Of a stretch of 24,000 nucleotides of DNA, positions 7,306 through 16,086 are shown in pieces (position 1 is the first letter of the stretch; each line of letters opens with the position of its first letter). Both the position numbers and the translations under genes were made by a program. Source of the stretch: Bacillus sp. NTK071. Lineage in GTDB: Bacteria > Bacillota > Bacilli > Bacillales > Guptibacillaceae. The DNA lies in the NCBI RefSeq assembly GCF_017303315.1, contig NZ_JAFKOI010000002.1, forward strand, positions 131,396 through 155,395, given 5' to 3'. The notes below the pieces were generated by a model. That model was not told the DNA's origin. It ran no database searches and saw only the letters and a list, made by a program, of their open reading frames with translations.

Positions 7306-10300
7306 ATGAACTTTTTGACACGGTTTAGTTTAAAGAACCCTGTTGCCGTTTTTATTCTATCCTTTCTACTCATTTTAGGAGGAGTTTATTCATTCACTAA
7401 TTTAAAAGTAGAACTCCTTCCTAATATTGAATTCCCTCAACTTTCGGTTGAAGTTGTCTACCCTGGAGCTTCCCCTCAGGATGTGAACGAGCAAGTAACA
7501 GCTAAATTAGAAGATAAATTTAGCGCTGTTGAAGGTGTTAAAAAAGTTCAAAGTACTTCTTACGAAAGCATTTCAATTATCAACATGGAGTTTCCTTTTG
7601 ACACTAATATGGATGACGTTGAACAACAGGTCAATTCATTTATTAAGGAAACTGATCTTCCTGAGAACGTAACACCAGAGGTGAATCGTTTCTCTTTCGG
7701 TTCTTTTCCAATCTATAACATTTCTCTTTTTCCTAAAGAGAAAGGAGAAGATATTCAGAATCTAGTTGAAGAAGATATTATGCCTGAGCTAAATAAGATT
7801 CAAGGTATTAACAGCGTATCAGTTGGCGGTTTGCAAGAAGAAGTTGTTGAAATCACAATTGACCGTGAAAAGGCACTCGCTAATGGGTTAACTCTTGAGT
7901 CGATTAAACAACAAATCAATGACAAATTCTTGTCTTTCCCAGCAGGAAACATTACCGATGATAGTGTTCAAATCCCTGTGAGAGTTGAAGAAGACCTTGA
8001 ATCGCTAGCCTCACTTAAAAATCTTCCGATTAAGGCGCAAAGTTACAGCAATTCAGCTCAAGGTGATAGTGCACCTTTCTCTACTTCAGAAGGGGCTTCA
8101 ATTGAACAAAGCCCTCAGATTGCTTTGAAAGATATTGCCGAAATTAATGCCATTACTGATCGTCCAGAAATAACAAGGTACAACCTTAAAGATTCTCTTT
8201 CTATGGCAGTAACAAAGAAACAGGATGCCAACACGGTTGAAGTAGCTGATCAAACTATTAAAGTTCTAGAAACATATAGTGATCAACTTGATTATGCAAT
8301 CGGCTTTGATTCTGCAGCTGGGATAGAAAAGTCTGTTGAAACGCTTGTCAAAGAAGGACTCCTCGGAGCTCTTTTTGCATCGATTGCGGTACTACTTTTT
8401 CTGCGTAATTTCCGAGCAACTTTCATTGCCATTATCTCTATTCCATTATCACTACTTGTGTCTGTCATCTTTATGAATCAACTCGGTATCACACTAAATA
8501 TCATGACACTTGGGGGCATGGCAGTAGCAGTAGGACGTGTAGTAGATGATAGTATAGTTGTTATTGAAAACATATTTAGACGAGTACGAAAATCTCCTGA
8601 AGGCATGAGCGACGAAATTATTCTGGACTCAACAAAAGAAATACTTAAAGCCATTACCTCTTCTACTATTACGACTGTAGTAGTGTTTCTCCCACTTGGA
8701 TTTGTTGGTGGGATTACAGGGGAATTCTTTTTGCCATTTGCCTTAACCATTATTTTCGCTTTATTAGCATCACTGATTGTGGCGATAACGATTGTACCTA
8801 TATTAGCTAAGTATTCATTTAGAAGAGTGCCTAAGGAAGCTAAAGAAGGTGCACTTCAGCGATGGTATGCCACACTAATCCATAAATCTTTAAATCACAA
8901 AGCCATTGTTATTATCCTTTCCTTCCTTCTTCTTGGAGGATCGTTTGCCATTGTTCCTCAGCTAGGCTTTACATTTCTACCAAACGAAGAACAGAAAACG
9001 CTCGTTGCAAGCATTGAGTTGCCGTCTTCTACAACACTAGAAAAAACAAATCAAGTATCCCTAGAACTCGAAAAGATGTTCAGTGATAAAAATGATATTA
9101 AAGAAGTGACTGCTGGCGTTGGAAGTCGTGACTTTACTACAGGTCTTAAACGAGAAAATCAAGCAAGCTACTTTATTAATTTACAAGATGAAGCTAACGT
9201 CTCAGCTGTGATTGAGGACCTTCAAAAAGAAATGGAAGACATCTCTAAAGAGCTTGCACCTGAGGCCACTCTAGGGATACAGGAGCAGCAAACAGGTGGG
9301 CCACCTTCGAACAATAACGTTAATATTGATCTATACTCTAGCAATTTAGATGAGCTTCAGGAAGCTTCTAATACTGTAGAGGATTTTCTAAACACCCAGG
9401 ACGAACTTAAATATGTATCAAATAATTTATCAGAAAAGCAAACACAGTGGATCGTAGACATTGATCCTCAGAAAGCAGCAGAATACGGTGTATCCGGTTA
9501 CCAAATTCTCGGAGCAGTATCTGATCAAACAAAACCAGTTTCCGTAGGAAAGCTAAATCTAGATCAGGAAGAACGTTCAATCGAATTAACTTATGATGAG
9601 AAACTTCAATCTATCGACGAACTGAAACAAACCCAAATTTTCACCTCTCAAGGACCGATAGATTTATCCGAGTTAGCAGATGTTAAAGAAGTAGATAATG
9701 TCACTTCCATACAAAAACTTGATGGAAAAGTTTTTGCACGTGTATCCGGTCAAATCGAAAGTGATGATATACGCACGGTATCAACAGAAGTAATAAATGG
9801 CGTTAACAATGACTTAGAGCTTCCTTCATCTGTTGAAGTCGTTGGAGGTGGTGGTAGTGATGATACGATACAAACCTTCCAACAACTTGGCCTTGCGATG
9901 GTCGTTGCCATTGGTCTCGTATACCTAACCATGTTAATTACTTTTGGGAAAGCAAGGATTCCATTTATCATTCTTTCATCACTTATCTTTGTACCTTTCG
10001 GTGCATTAATTGGTTTGTTTGCAATTAATGAGCCCCTCTCTGTAAGTGCAATGATTGGGATGCTTATGTTAATTGGGATTGTAACAACCAATGCTATCGT
10101 TCTAGTTGATCGTATTGGTCAAAATCGAGATGAAAAAAGCATGAGCATCCGTGACGCGCTCGTAGAAGCCGGTAAAACACGTCTCCGTCCTATATTGATG
10201 ACAGCTTTTGCTACCATTGCAGCGCTAATTCCGCTCGCTCTTACAACTTCATCAGGTACATTAATTTCAAAAGGCCTTGCGATTGTCGTCATTGGGGGAT

Positions 10301-10395
10301 TAATTACATCCACATTGCTTACATTGATAATCGTACCGGTTATCTATGAATTATTTTTCTTTAAAACAGCTAGAAAAGAACAAAAAAATTCATAA
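7306..10395 (+). CDS. RND-superfamily efflux permease (AcrB/SwrC-like), no adaptor or outer-membrane partner
   Basis: 1029 aa with 12-TM RND architecture: an N-terminal TM, a large loop, a TM cluster near aa 340-500, a second large loop, and a C-terminal TM cluster. Motifs include GGMAVAVGRVVDDSIVVIENI. RBS is AAGGAGGAAATGTTCAATG. It resembles B. subtilis SwrC (YerP) in type. Confidence 0.92.
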   Translation: MNFLTRFSLKNPVAVFILSFLLILGGVYSFTNLKVELLPNIEFPQLSVEVVYPGASPQDVNEQVTAKLEDKFSAVEGVKKVQSTSYESISIINMEFPFDTNMDDVEQQVNSFIKETDLPENVTPEVNRFSFGSFPIYNISLFPKEKGEDIQNLVEEDIMPELNKIQGINSVSVGGLQEEVVEITIDREKALANGLTLESIKQQINDKFLSFPAGNITDDSVQIPVRVEEDLESLASLKNLPIKAQSYSNSAQGDSAPFSTSEGASIEQSPQIALKDIAEINAITDRPEITRYNLKDSLSMAVTKKQDANTVEVADQTIKVLETYSDQLDYAIGFDSAAGIEKSVETLVKEGLLGALFASIAVLLFLRNFRATFIAIISIPLSLLVSVIFMNQLGITLNIMTLGGMAVAVGRVVDDSIVVIENIFRRVRKSPEGMSDEIILDSTKEILKAITSSTITTVVVFLPLGFVGGITGEFFLPFALTIIFALLASLIVAITIVPILAKYSFRRVPKEAKEGALQRWYATLIHKSLNHKAIVIILSFLLLGGSFAIVPQLGFTFLPNEEQKTLVASIELPSSTTLEKTNQVSLELEKMFSDKNDIKEVTAGVGSRDFTTGLKRENQASYFINLQDEANVSAVIEDLQKEMEDISKELAPEATLGIQEQQTGGPPSNNNVNIDLYSSNLDELQEASNTVEDFLNTQDELKYVSNNLSEKQTQWIVDIDPQKAAEYGVSGYQILGAVSDQTKPVSVGKLNLDQEERSIELTYDEKLQSIDELKQTQIFTSQGPIDLSELADVKEVDNVTSIQKLDGKVFARVSGQIESDDIRTVSTEVINGVNNDLELPSSVEVVGGGGSDDTIQTFQQLGLAMVVAIGLVYLTMLITFGKARIPFIILSSLIFVPFGALIGLFAINEPLSVSAMIGMLMLIGIVTTNAIVLVDRIGQNRDEKSMSIRDALVEAGKTRLRPILMTAFATIAALIPLALTTSSGTLISKGLAIVVIGGLITSTLLTLIIVPVIYELFFFKTARKEQKNS

Positions 10396-10400
10396 AATGT

Positions 10401-10447
10401 AGAAAGAAGCGGTTTCCATAAACATTCGGAAACCGCTTCTTTCTTTT
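10401..10447. terminator. Strong bidirectional terminator
   Basis: A 17-bp perfect stem (agaaagaagcggtttcc / ggaaaccgcttctttct) with a 10-nt loop and T-rich flanks. It lies between the RND pump stop (10395) and the last gene of the eight-gene operon (10463). Confidence 0.82.
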
Positions 10448-10462
10448 CTATACTTAATAAAG

Positions 10463-11554
10463 CTACAATTCGGTTGTTTTATACTTCTCCATAAAACGCC
10501 TATCAATTTTATTCTTCAATTTCCACGATAGACGATGATGGAGTGTGACTTTCCCATATAAAAGCAAGCCTTTCTTTTCACCTGTTGAAAGTATTGATAA
10601 ATAAGCTCTCTTAGGTTGAAACCGAACACCATCTTTTTCTTGTAAGAAAGCTTTAATATTCTCCCAGAGTACTTCTGATTGCTTAACTGCTACAACACCT
10701 GCTTTTGGAAGATCAGGATAATCACGTATCGTTGCACAATCTCCCGCTGCAAATATTGCAGGATACTCTTTCACCTGTAATGTATCTTCAACAAGTAAGT
10801 AACCAGCTTCATCAATTGGCAATTTAGAAGCTCTGAACAACTCAGGTGCTTTTGGTCCAGTTAACCATAGTAATTGATCATAAGATATTTCATTGCCAAT
10901 AGAAGTTATGACACTATTTGTAGTTACATTCGCTACTTTTTCTTTCAAATATAATTGCATCTCTTGGCTTCTTGCAATTTGTTCTATTTTCGATTGTGCT
11001 TTTAAAGAAGATGACTGTAGGAGAGTAGAGTGCGAAACTAATGTAACAGCTTTCTTACCTTCCTTTTTCCTCCTAGCAGTTAGTGAAAGGGCAATTTCAA
11101 TACCTGCTGCTCCCCCTCCTACAACTACGGGGTTTTTAGCTTCCCACATCTTTTTGGCCACTTCTTCAATGCGATAATTTGGCTTAATACGTAGCGCATG
11201 ACTCCTAGCGCCTGGTACATCAATCCCTGCTGTATATGAACCTATATCCACAGAAAGAAGATCATAAGAAAGTACATCCCCTTTTTCGGTTAGTACTACC
11301 TTACCTTTTGCATCAATCGATAATGCAGCACCATTTATAAAGGTTATTCTTGCGAGATCGGCGAGTGAAGGCAGATGAACACGCATGTCTTCTTCACTGT
11401 ATACACCTTCCATATAACCTGAGAACATCCCGGAATAATATTGATAGTCTGAAGGAGAAACAATCGTTACTTCGATATCAAGTTGTTCTTCCTGGAATTT
11501 CTTCATAATATGAAGATGGGCATGTCCTGCTCCAATTAACAATAGCTTCTTCAT
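10463..11554 (-). CDS. FAD/NAD(P)-dependent oxidoreductase, NDH-2/SQR fold (two-dinucleotide-binding-domain flavoprotein)
   Basis: 363 aa. It has two Rossmann motifs (LLLIGAGHAHL at the N-terminus, VVVGGGAAGIE mid-protein) plus the FAAGDC FAD motif. No redox Cys pair is visible. RBS is AAGAGGAA. It starts 18 nt after the preceding gene. Confidence 0.85.
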   Translation of the reverse strand: MKKLLLIGAGHAHLHIMKKFQEEQLDIEVTIVSPSDYQYYSGMFSGYMEGVYSEEDMRVHLPSLADLARITFINGAALSIDAKGKVVLTEKGDVLSYDLLSVDIGSYTAGIDVPGARSHALRIKPNYRIEEVAKKMWEAKNPVVVGGGAAGIEIALSLTARRKKEGKKAVTLVSHSTLLQSSSLKAQSKIEQIARSQEMQLYLKEKVANVTTNSVITSIGNEISYDQLLWLTGPKAPELFRASKLPIDEAGYLLVEDTLQVKEYPAIFAAGDCATIRDYPDLPKAGVVAVKQSEVLWENIKAFLQEKDGVRFQPKRAYLSILSTGEKKGLLLYGKVTLHHRLSWKLKNKIDRRFMEKYKTTEL

Positions 11555-11572
11555 TCAAATTCCTCTTTTCAA

Positions 11573-13000
11573 TTACCTAACCCATTTAATATATTTCTCA
11601 GATACCTTAGGTAACCACCCATCAAATAGTTTTTCTCTCCAATACATATCTGCTGCTTGATTTAGAATGGCACCCTTGGTTGGATAGGGATGAATTACGG
11701 TCGATATATCACCAATCTTATGTCCATGTTCTTTTGCAAATACAATTTCTTGCATCCAGCTACCAGAGTCTTCCCCAACAGCATGAGCGCCAAGAATATG
11801 ACCTTTCTTATCAGTAATGACTTTAACAAGACCATCCTTTTTACGCTCAGCAATGAAACGATCTACGTCATCCGTTCCAACTTTAAATACGCGTATATCT
11901 TCTCCATGCTTTTCCTTAGCTTCTTGTTCTGTTAAACCAAGATGAAAAACTTCAGGTTCCGTATAAGTAACCCAAGGAACGTTATCATAATTAACTTTTC
12001 TTTTCAAACCAAAGACTGCGTTTTGGACGATCAATTTCCCTTCCATTCCAGCTCCGTGAGTGAATGGGAAAGCACCGTTTACATCTCCTATAGCATAGAT
12101 ATGAGATCGACTTGTCTGAAGAGATTCATTAACAGTAATATATCCTTCGCTTTCATCGACACCTGCCGCATCTAGATTAAGCTTATCTGTATTTGGTTTT
12201 CTTCCTGTCGACATCATAATAGCATCTGATTCAATCGTTTTTTCTTCTCCGTTCACTTTATAGGTCACTACTTTAAGGCCATTTTGCTCAGAGATCCTTA
12301 TTACATCAGCTTCGAAAACGAAGGTAAGCTCTTTCTCAAGTGCTCTTGTTACAATTGGAATGATCTCATGATCTTCTTTTTTGAAAATCGATTCAGACGT
12401 TTCTAGTATAGTCACATCTGATCCAAACCTTGATAGTGATTGAGCAAGTTCAAGACCAACTGGTCCTCCTCCTATGAAAACAACACTTTTTGGAAGATGA
12501 TCGAGATTAAAGATCGTTTCATTCGTAATGAAGGATACGTTTTCTACTCCATCTATTGGAGGAACATTAGGGCTAGAGCCAGTTGAAAGCACTATGCGCT
12601 TCCCTGTAATAGGATTTTCATCATTAACCGTAACCGTATGTTCATCTTTAAATGCGCCTTTACCCCTATAAATATCGACACCTAGCTTTTCAAACCGTTC
12701 ATCACTATCAATTTCTTGAATTTCATCAATAGCTTCCTTTACACGCTCGATCGCCCGCTCAAACAGAACATCTCCACTAACAGTTAGGCCGAACTCAGCG
12801 GCGCCTTTATAGACAGCATGTACTTCCTTAGCAGAAGTAATAAAGGCCTTAGAAGGCACACATCCGAAATGCAAACAATCCCCTCCGAGTCCAGGCTGGT
12901 CATCAATTAATGCTACCTTTGCACCCATACTTGCTGCACCAGATGCTGCAGTTAATCCGCCCGAACCTCCACCAATAACGATCAAGTCATATTCTTGCAT
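11573..13000 (-). CDS. Class I pyridine nucleotide-disulfide oxidoreductase (Lpd/MerA/GR-like, substrate unknown)
   Basis: 475 aa. Motifs are GGGSGG FAD binding, the redox-active disulfide GGDCLHFGCVPSK, a second GxGxxG (FIGGGPVGLE), AIGDV, and a C-terminal dimerisation-domain His in HPYPT. RBS is GAGGAGA. Confidence 0.88.
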   Translation of the reverse strand: MQEYDLIVIGGGSGGLTAASGAASMGAKVALIDDQPGLGGDCLHFGCVPSKAFITSAKEVHAVYKGAAEFGLTVSGDVLFERAIERVKEAIDEIQEIDSDERFEKLGVDIYRGKGAFKDEHTVTVNDENPITGKRIVLSTGSSPNVPPIDGVENVSFITNETIFNLDHLPKSVVFIGGGPVGLELAQSLSRFGSDVTILETSESIFKKEDHEIIPIVTRALEKELTFVFEADVIRISEQNGLKVVTYKVNGEEKTIESDAIMMSTGRKPNTDKLNLDAAGVDESEGYITVNESLQTSRSHIYAIGDVNGAFPFTHGAGMEGKLIVQNAVFGLKRKVNYDNVPWVTYTEPEVFHLGLTEQEAKEKHGEDIRVFKVGTDDVDRFIAERKKDGLVKVITDKKGHILGAHAVGEDSGSWMQEIVFAKEHGHKIGDISTVIHPYPTKGAILNQAADMYWREKLFDGWLPKVSEKYIKWVR

Positions 13001-13015
13001 ACTTTGTCATCTCCT

Positions 13016-13597
13016 CTATTCTAATATCCGTTTTGCTTCAGCTAGCCGCTGGAAAGCTGTAAAAAGTTCAATTACTAAAAAAATTAGCGTTAGTATTGTT
13101 AGAACATCATGAAAGATAATCATTGCCGTAAACAATATAAATCCTTCTGTACGCTCCGCCACTCCTGCTTGGTAATAGAAGGATTTAATTCCTTTCTTGT
13201 CAGACACCGCTCCAACAGTCAAAAATATGGTCATTGCAAAAATGATAGAAGTGCTTAATAGCAGTAGTGCCCACATCGAGCTTGGAAAACGAAAAGCTAG
13301 ACCCAGGATAACGCTAACTTCCACTACTCGATCAAAGCTTACATCTAGTATAGTCCCAAAGGAAGAAGGCTTGGTCTTTCTGGCCATTGTCCCGTCAACA
13401 GCATCAAGAAAACCTGAAAGCCACAGCACAACAATCGCCAGCACAAATTGATCTATATAAATGAACAAACCAGAAGAAACGCCTATAATGAATGAAATAA
13501 TTGTGACCTGGTTTGCACTAAGTCCAACCCGTAACAACACGTCCGCTGTACGATCCATTATGGGCTGAACATATTTTCTAGCATGTGTATCGAGCAA
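13016..13597 (-). CDS. CDP-alcohol phosphatidyltransferase family protein, short form (YnjF-like)
   Basis: 193 aa with a TTG start (13597) and AAGGATGGTG upstream. The complete family motif D-x2-D-G-x2-A-R-x7-G-x3-D-x3-D is visible in FLDAVDGTMARKTKPSSFGTILDVSFDRVVE. About 5-6 TM helices. MLDTHARKY... and KSFYYQAGVAERTEG resemble my recollection of E. coli YnjF. Confidence 0.88.
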   Translation of the reverse strand: MLDTHARKYVQPIMDRTADVLLRVGLSANQVTIISFIIGVSSGLFIYIDQFVLAIVVLWLSGFLDAVDGTMARKTKPSSFGTILDVSFDRVVEVSVILGLAFRFPSSMWALLLLSTSIIFAMTIFLTVGAVSDKKGIKSFYYQAGVAERTEGFILFTAMIIFHDVLTILTLIFLVIELFTAFQRLAEAKRILE

Positions 13598-13614
13598 GAA
13601 AGCACCATCCTTTC

Positions 13615-14271
13615 CTATTTAAATTCTTCTTCAATCATTGATCCAAAAACTTTCTTACGGATATATAAACTGGCTAGCAATAACAACAATAAGACAGCTG
13701 CTGCAATCATAATGGTTACTAAATTATTTGATAGAAAAGTAGCACCTAAGAAATTTAAAGCAAGAGCCCCCGGAAGCATGCCAAGTAACGTTGCCATATA
13801 GTATTTCCGACGATTTACGGAAGAAACCCCACACACGTAGCTCACAAGGTCAAAGTGGAGAAATGGGACTAATCTCAAAAGAAGTACATAAACGAACCCA
13901 TTCTCTGAAAGTCGTTGTTCGAGTGATTCACCGCGCCTACGCCATGATTTTGGAAGAATTTGGAGTCCTAATTTTCTAGCTAATGAAAAGAATAAGAGTG
14001 CGCCCGTTGATCCTCCAATTACGACCAGTAACGTACCTAAATAAGGACCAAAAACCAATCCACCTGCAATAGAGAGAATTGAAGTAGGGAAAAGTACGAA
14101 GGGTCTAACTATACAGATCAGAAGGAAAACAAGAGGCGCATAGAACCCAAACGATGAAATCCATCCACGAATGGCGGAAGGACGAAAGTCAAAAACATAC
14201 TGATTTAAAAAATAAATAATAAAAAGAACGGCTGTTAAGGATAATCCTTTTAAAAAAGTTCTGATTGTCAT
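13615..14271 (-). CDS. TVP38/TMEM64 family membrane protein (DedA superfamily, SNARE-associated domain)
   Basis: 218 aa, polytopic. It has the characteristic re-entrant-loop region FPTSILSIAGGLVFGPYLGTLLVVIGGSTGALLFFSLARKLG and a later LRLVP.LHFDLVSYVCG. Its ATG overlaps the ABC ATPase stop (ATGA at 14268-14271). Confidence 0.88.
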   Translation of the reverse strand: MTIRTFLKGLSLTAVLFIIYFLNQYVFDFRPSAIRGWISSFGFYAPLVFLLICIVRPFVLFPTSILSIAGGLVFGPYLGTLLVVIGGSTGALLFFSLARKLGLQILPKSWRRRGESLEQRLSENGFVYVLLLRLVPFLHFDLVSYVCGVSSVNRRKYYMATLLGMLPGALALNFLGATFLSNNLVTIMIAAAVLLLLLLASLYIRKKVFGSMIEEEFK

Positions 14272-15263
14272 TGAATTTGTCTCCGATGCTCTTCGTTATA
14301 GACATACTTTCTTATAGTCCCTCTATCAGCTATTAAATAGACGCTTTCTCCTTGATGGAATTTAGTTCTAGAAGGCACAAGAACCGTACCTTTGTCCCAG
14401 GAAACTCGATAGCATGGTATATTATTCTTAATCGTAACAGCAGTAACTTTACCAGGAATTGAAATAACGTTAGGTTCTATCAGGTCATTCTCATTAACCG
14501 CACTCAATTCGTTAAGAGGTATAAAACCTTCCTCCAAAGCTAAGCCCTCCCCAATAATCATTGCACTTTCGATGCTTGAGGGCTTTGTAACGACTTCATA
14601 CGGAAGACCAATTTGGATGAACGAACCTTTGTCCATCACAGCAAGTCGATCAGCCATCTCGATCGCTTCATCTCGATCATGGGTGATGAATAACGATGAA
14701 ATATTCTCCTGTCTTAACAACTCCCTCACTTCTCCTCTAAGGGATTCCCGCAAGGTTGCATCTAGGGAACTAAATGGTTCATCAAGAAGAAGCAGATCAG
14801 GTTTAAGTACCAGTGCTCTGGCTAGAGATACCCGTTGTTTTTGACCACCAGAAAGTTCATGCGGATAAACATTCTTCCACCTAGTTAACTTCACTTTTTC
14901 AAGCATTTCTTCGGCCTGACTGATACGATCTTTTTTTGATGTTTTTTTTCTTTTCAATCCATATGTCACATTTTCAATTACTGTTAGATGTGGAAATAGC
15001 AAGGCATCCTGAAACATGAGAACAATCGATCGGTCTTCTGGTTTTACTTTAGCAAGTGATTTTCCATTTAGTATGACATCACCACCATCGATTGCCTCTA
15101 AACCAGCCAGGCATCTAAGAAGTGTAGTTTTGCCGCAACCCGAGGGTCCGACAACAGTAAAATGCTCTCCTTTTCCCAAAGAAAATGTGACATCTTTAAG
15201 GATAGAAGTTTGCGAATAATTTTTCTTAAGTGTGTTACATTGCAATAGCTGGTTCAAAACCAT
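14268..15263 (-). CDS. ABC transporter ATP-binding protein (importer type, C-terminal OB/TOBE-like extension)
   Basis: 331 aa. Motifs are Walker A GPSGCGKT, Q-loop, signature LSGGQKQR, Walker B LLLLDEPFS and H-loop ITHD. A C-terminal domain of about 95 aa is typical of PotA/CysA/YnjD-type importers. Confidence 0.93.
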   Translation of the reverse strand: MVLNQLLQCNTLKKNYSQTSILKDVTFSLGKGEHFTVVGPSGCGKTTLLRCLAGLEAIDGGDVILNGKSLAKVKPEDRSIVLMFQDALLFPHLTVIENVTYGLKRKKTSKKDRISQAEEMLEKVKLTRWKNVYPHELSGGQKQRVSLARALVLKPDLLLLDEPFSSLDATLRESLRGEVRELLRQENISSLFITHDRDEAIEMADRLAVMDKGSFIQIGLPYEVVTKPSSIESAMIIGEGLALEEGFIPLNELSAVNENDLIEPNVISIPGKVTAVTIKNNIPCYRVSWDKGTVLVPSRTKFHQGESVYLIADRGTIRKYVYNEEHRRQIQ

Positions 15264-15270
15264 CTTCCTT

Positions 15271-16086
15271 TCAAACGCGATTAACTGCCCGAATTACCAG
15301 CCTTAATAACATTTCTGCTGATCCTATAAATAGAAGTGGCAATAAAGCAAAAATAATTGAAAAACCAGCGATTACCGCTTCATTCGAGCCTGAAAAGTAA
15401 GGATAATATAATAATGGTAAGGTTGTAACTGCTCCTCCTCCAATGATAGCTGTAAGTGCATACTGACCAAGTGATATCACAAATGTAAGTAGCATTAAAC
15501 TTCTTATGCTTGGCAAAAGAAGAGGCAGTGATATAGTTAGAAAACGTATAAATGGTCCCGCACCGAGGACAATGGCTTGTTCTAGGAGACCATTCCCCAA
15601 GCGTTCATAGCCTGCTCTCATTATTCGAATGGCATAAGGTAATGTGGGAATTAAGTGCACCAATACAACACCCGACAATTGATCAGCCAACCCATATTGA
15701 ATTAAAGTAAATTGAAGTCCCATCGCAAGTAGGATACCTGGTATTAGGATAGGAGATAGCAAAAAAGCTTCAATTAGTGATTTCCCTTTAAACGAATATG
15801 TAGATAATGCTCTAGCAGCAGGAATGGCTAATAATAAATTCAATCCCACTACCATCAGCGCTAATTTTATTGTCGTAAAAATGGCTTCAATTAGTGAAGG
15901 GTCGCGAAAAATAATCTTCCACCCCTCTAAACCAAAACCATTTGGGAGTAAATCCGGCCAACGCCACCCAACTGAAAAGCTTTTCACTATAATCGTTAGG
16001 AATGGCAAAATAAATAAAATAATAAATAATAACACAATCATAATGGTTGTCATCTTTTTCTTCCCTATATTTAACGAGTGAAACAT
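15271..16086 (-). CDS. ABC transporter permease (BPD_transp_1 type)
   Basis: 271 aa with about 6 TM helices and an EAA-like loop (LEQAIVLGAGPFIRFLTISLPLL). Its start overlaps the upstream permease stop by 1 nt (TGATG). Confidence 0.9.
   Translation of the reverse strand: MFHSLNIGKKKMTTIMIVLLFIILFILPFLTIIVKSFSVGWRWPDLLPNGFGLEGWKIIFRDPSLIEAIFTTIKLALMVVGLNLLLAIPAARALSTYSFKGKSLIEAFLLSPILIPGILLAMGLQFTLIQYGLADQLSGVVLVHLIPTLPYAIRIMRAGYERLGNGLLEQAIVLGAGPFIRFLTISLPLLLPSIRSLMLLTFVISLGQYALTAIIGGGAVTTLPLLYYPYFSGSNEAVIAGFSIIFALLPLLFIGSAEMLLRLVIRAVNRV

Noticed and set aside
8038-8118. A Ser/Gln/Ala-rich low-complexity stretch (SYSNSAQGDSAPFSTSEGASIEQSPQ) inside the first large extracytoplasmic loop of the RND pump. 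Considered as a possible insertion.
   Set aside because: Loop regions of Gram-positive RND pumps are variable. Without an alignment I cannot show that this is an insertion rather than normal divergence.
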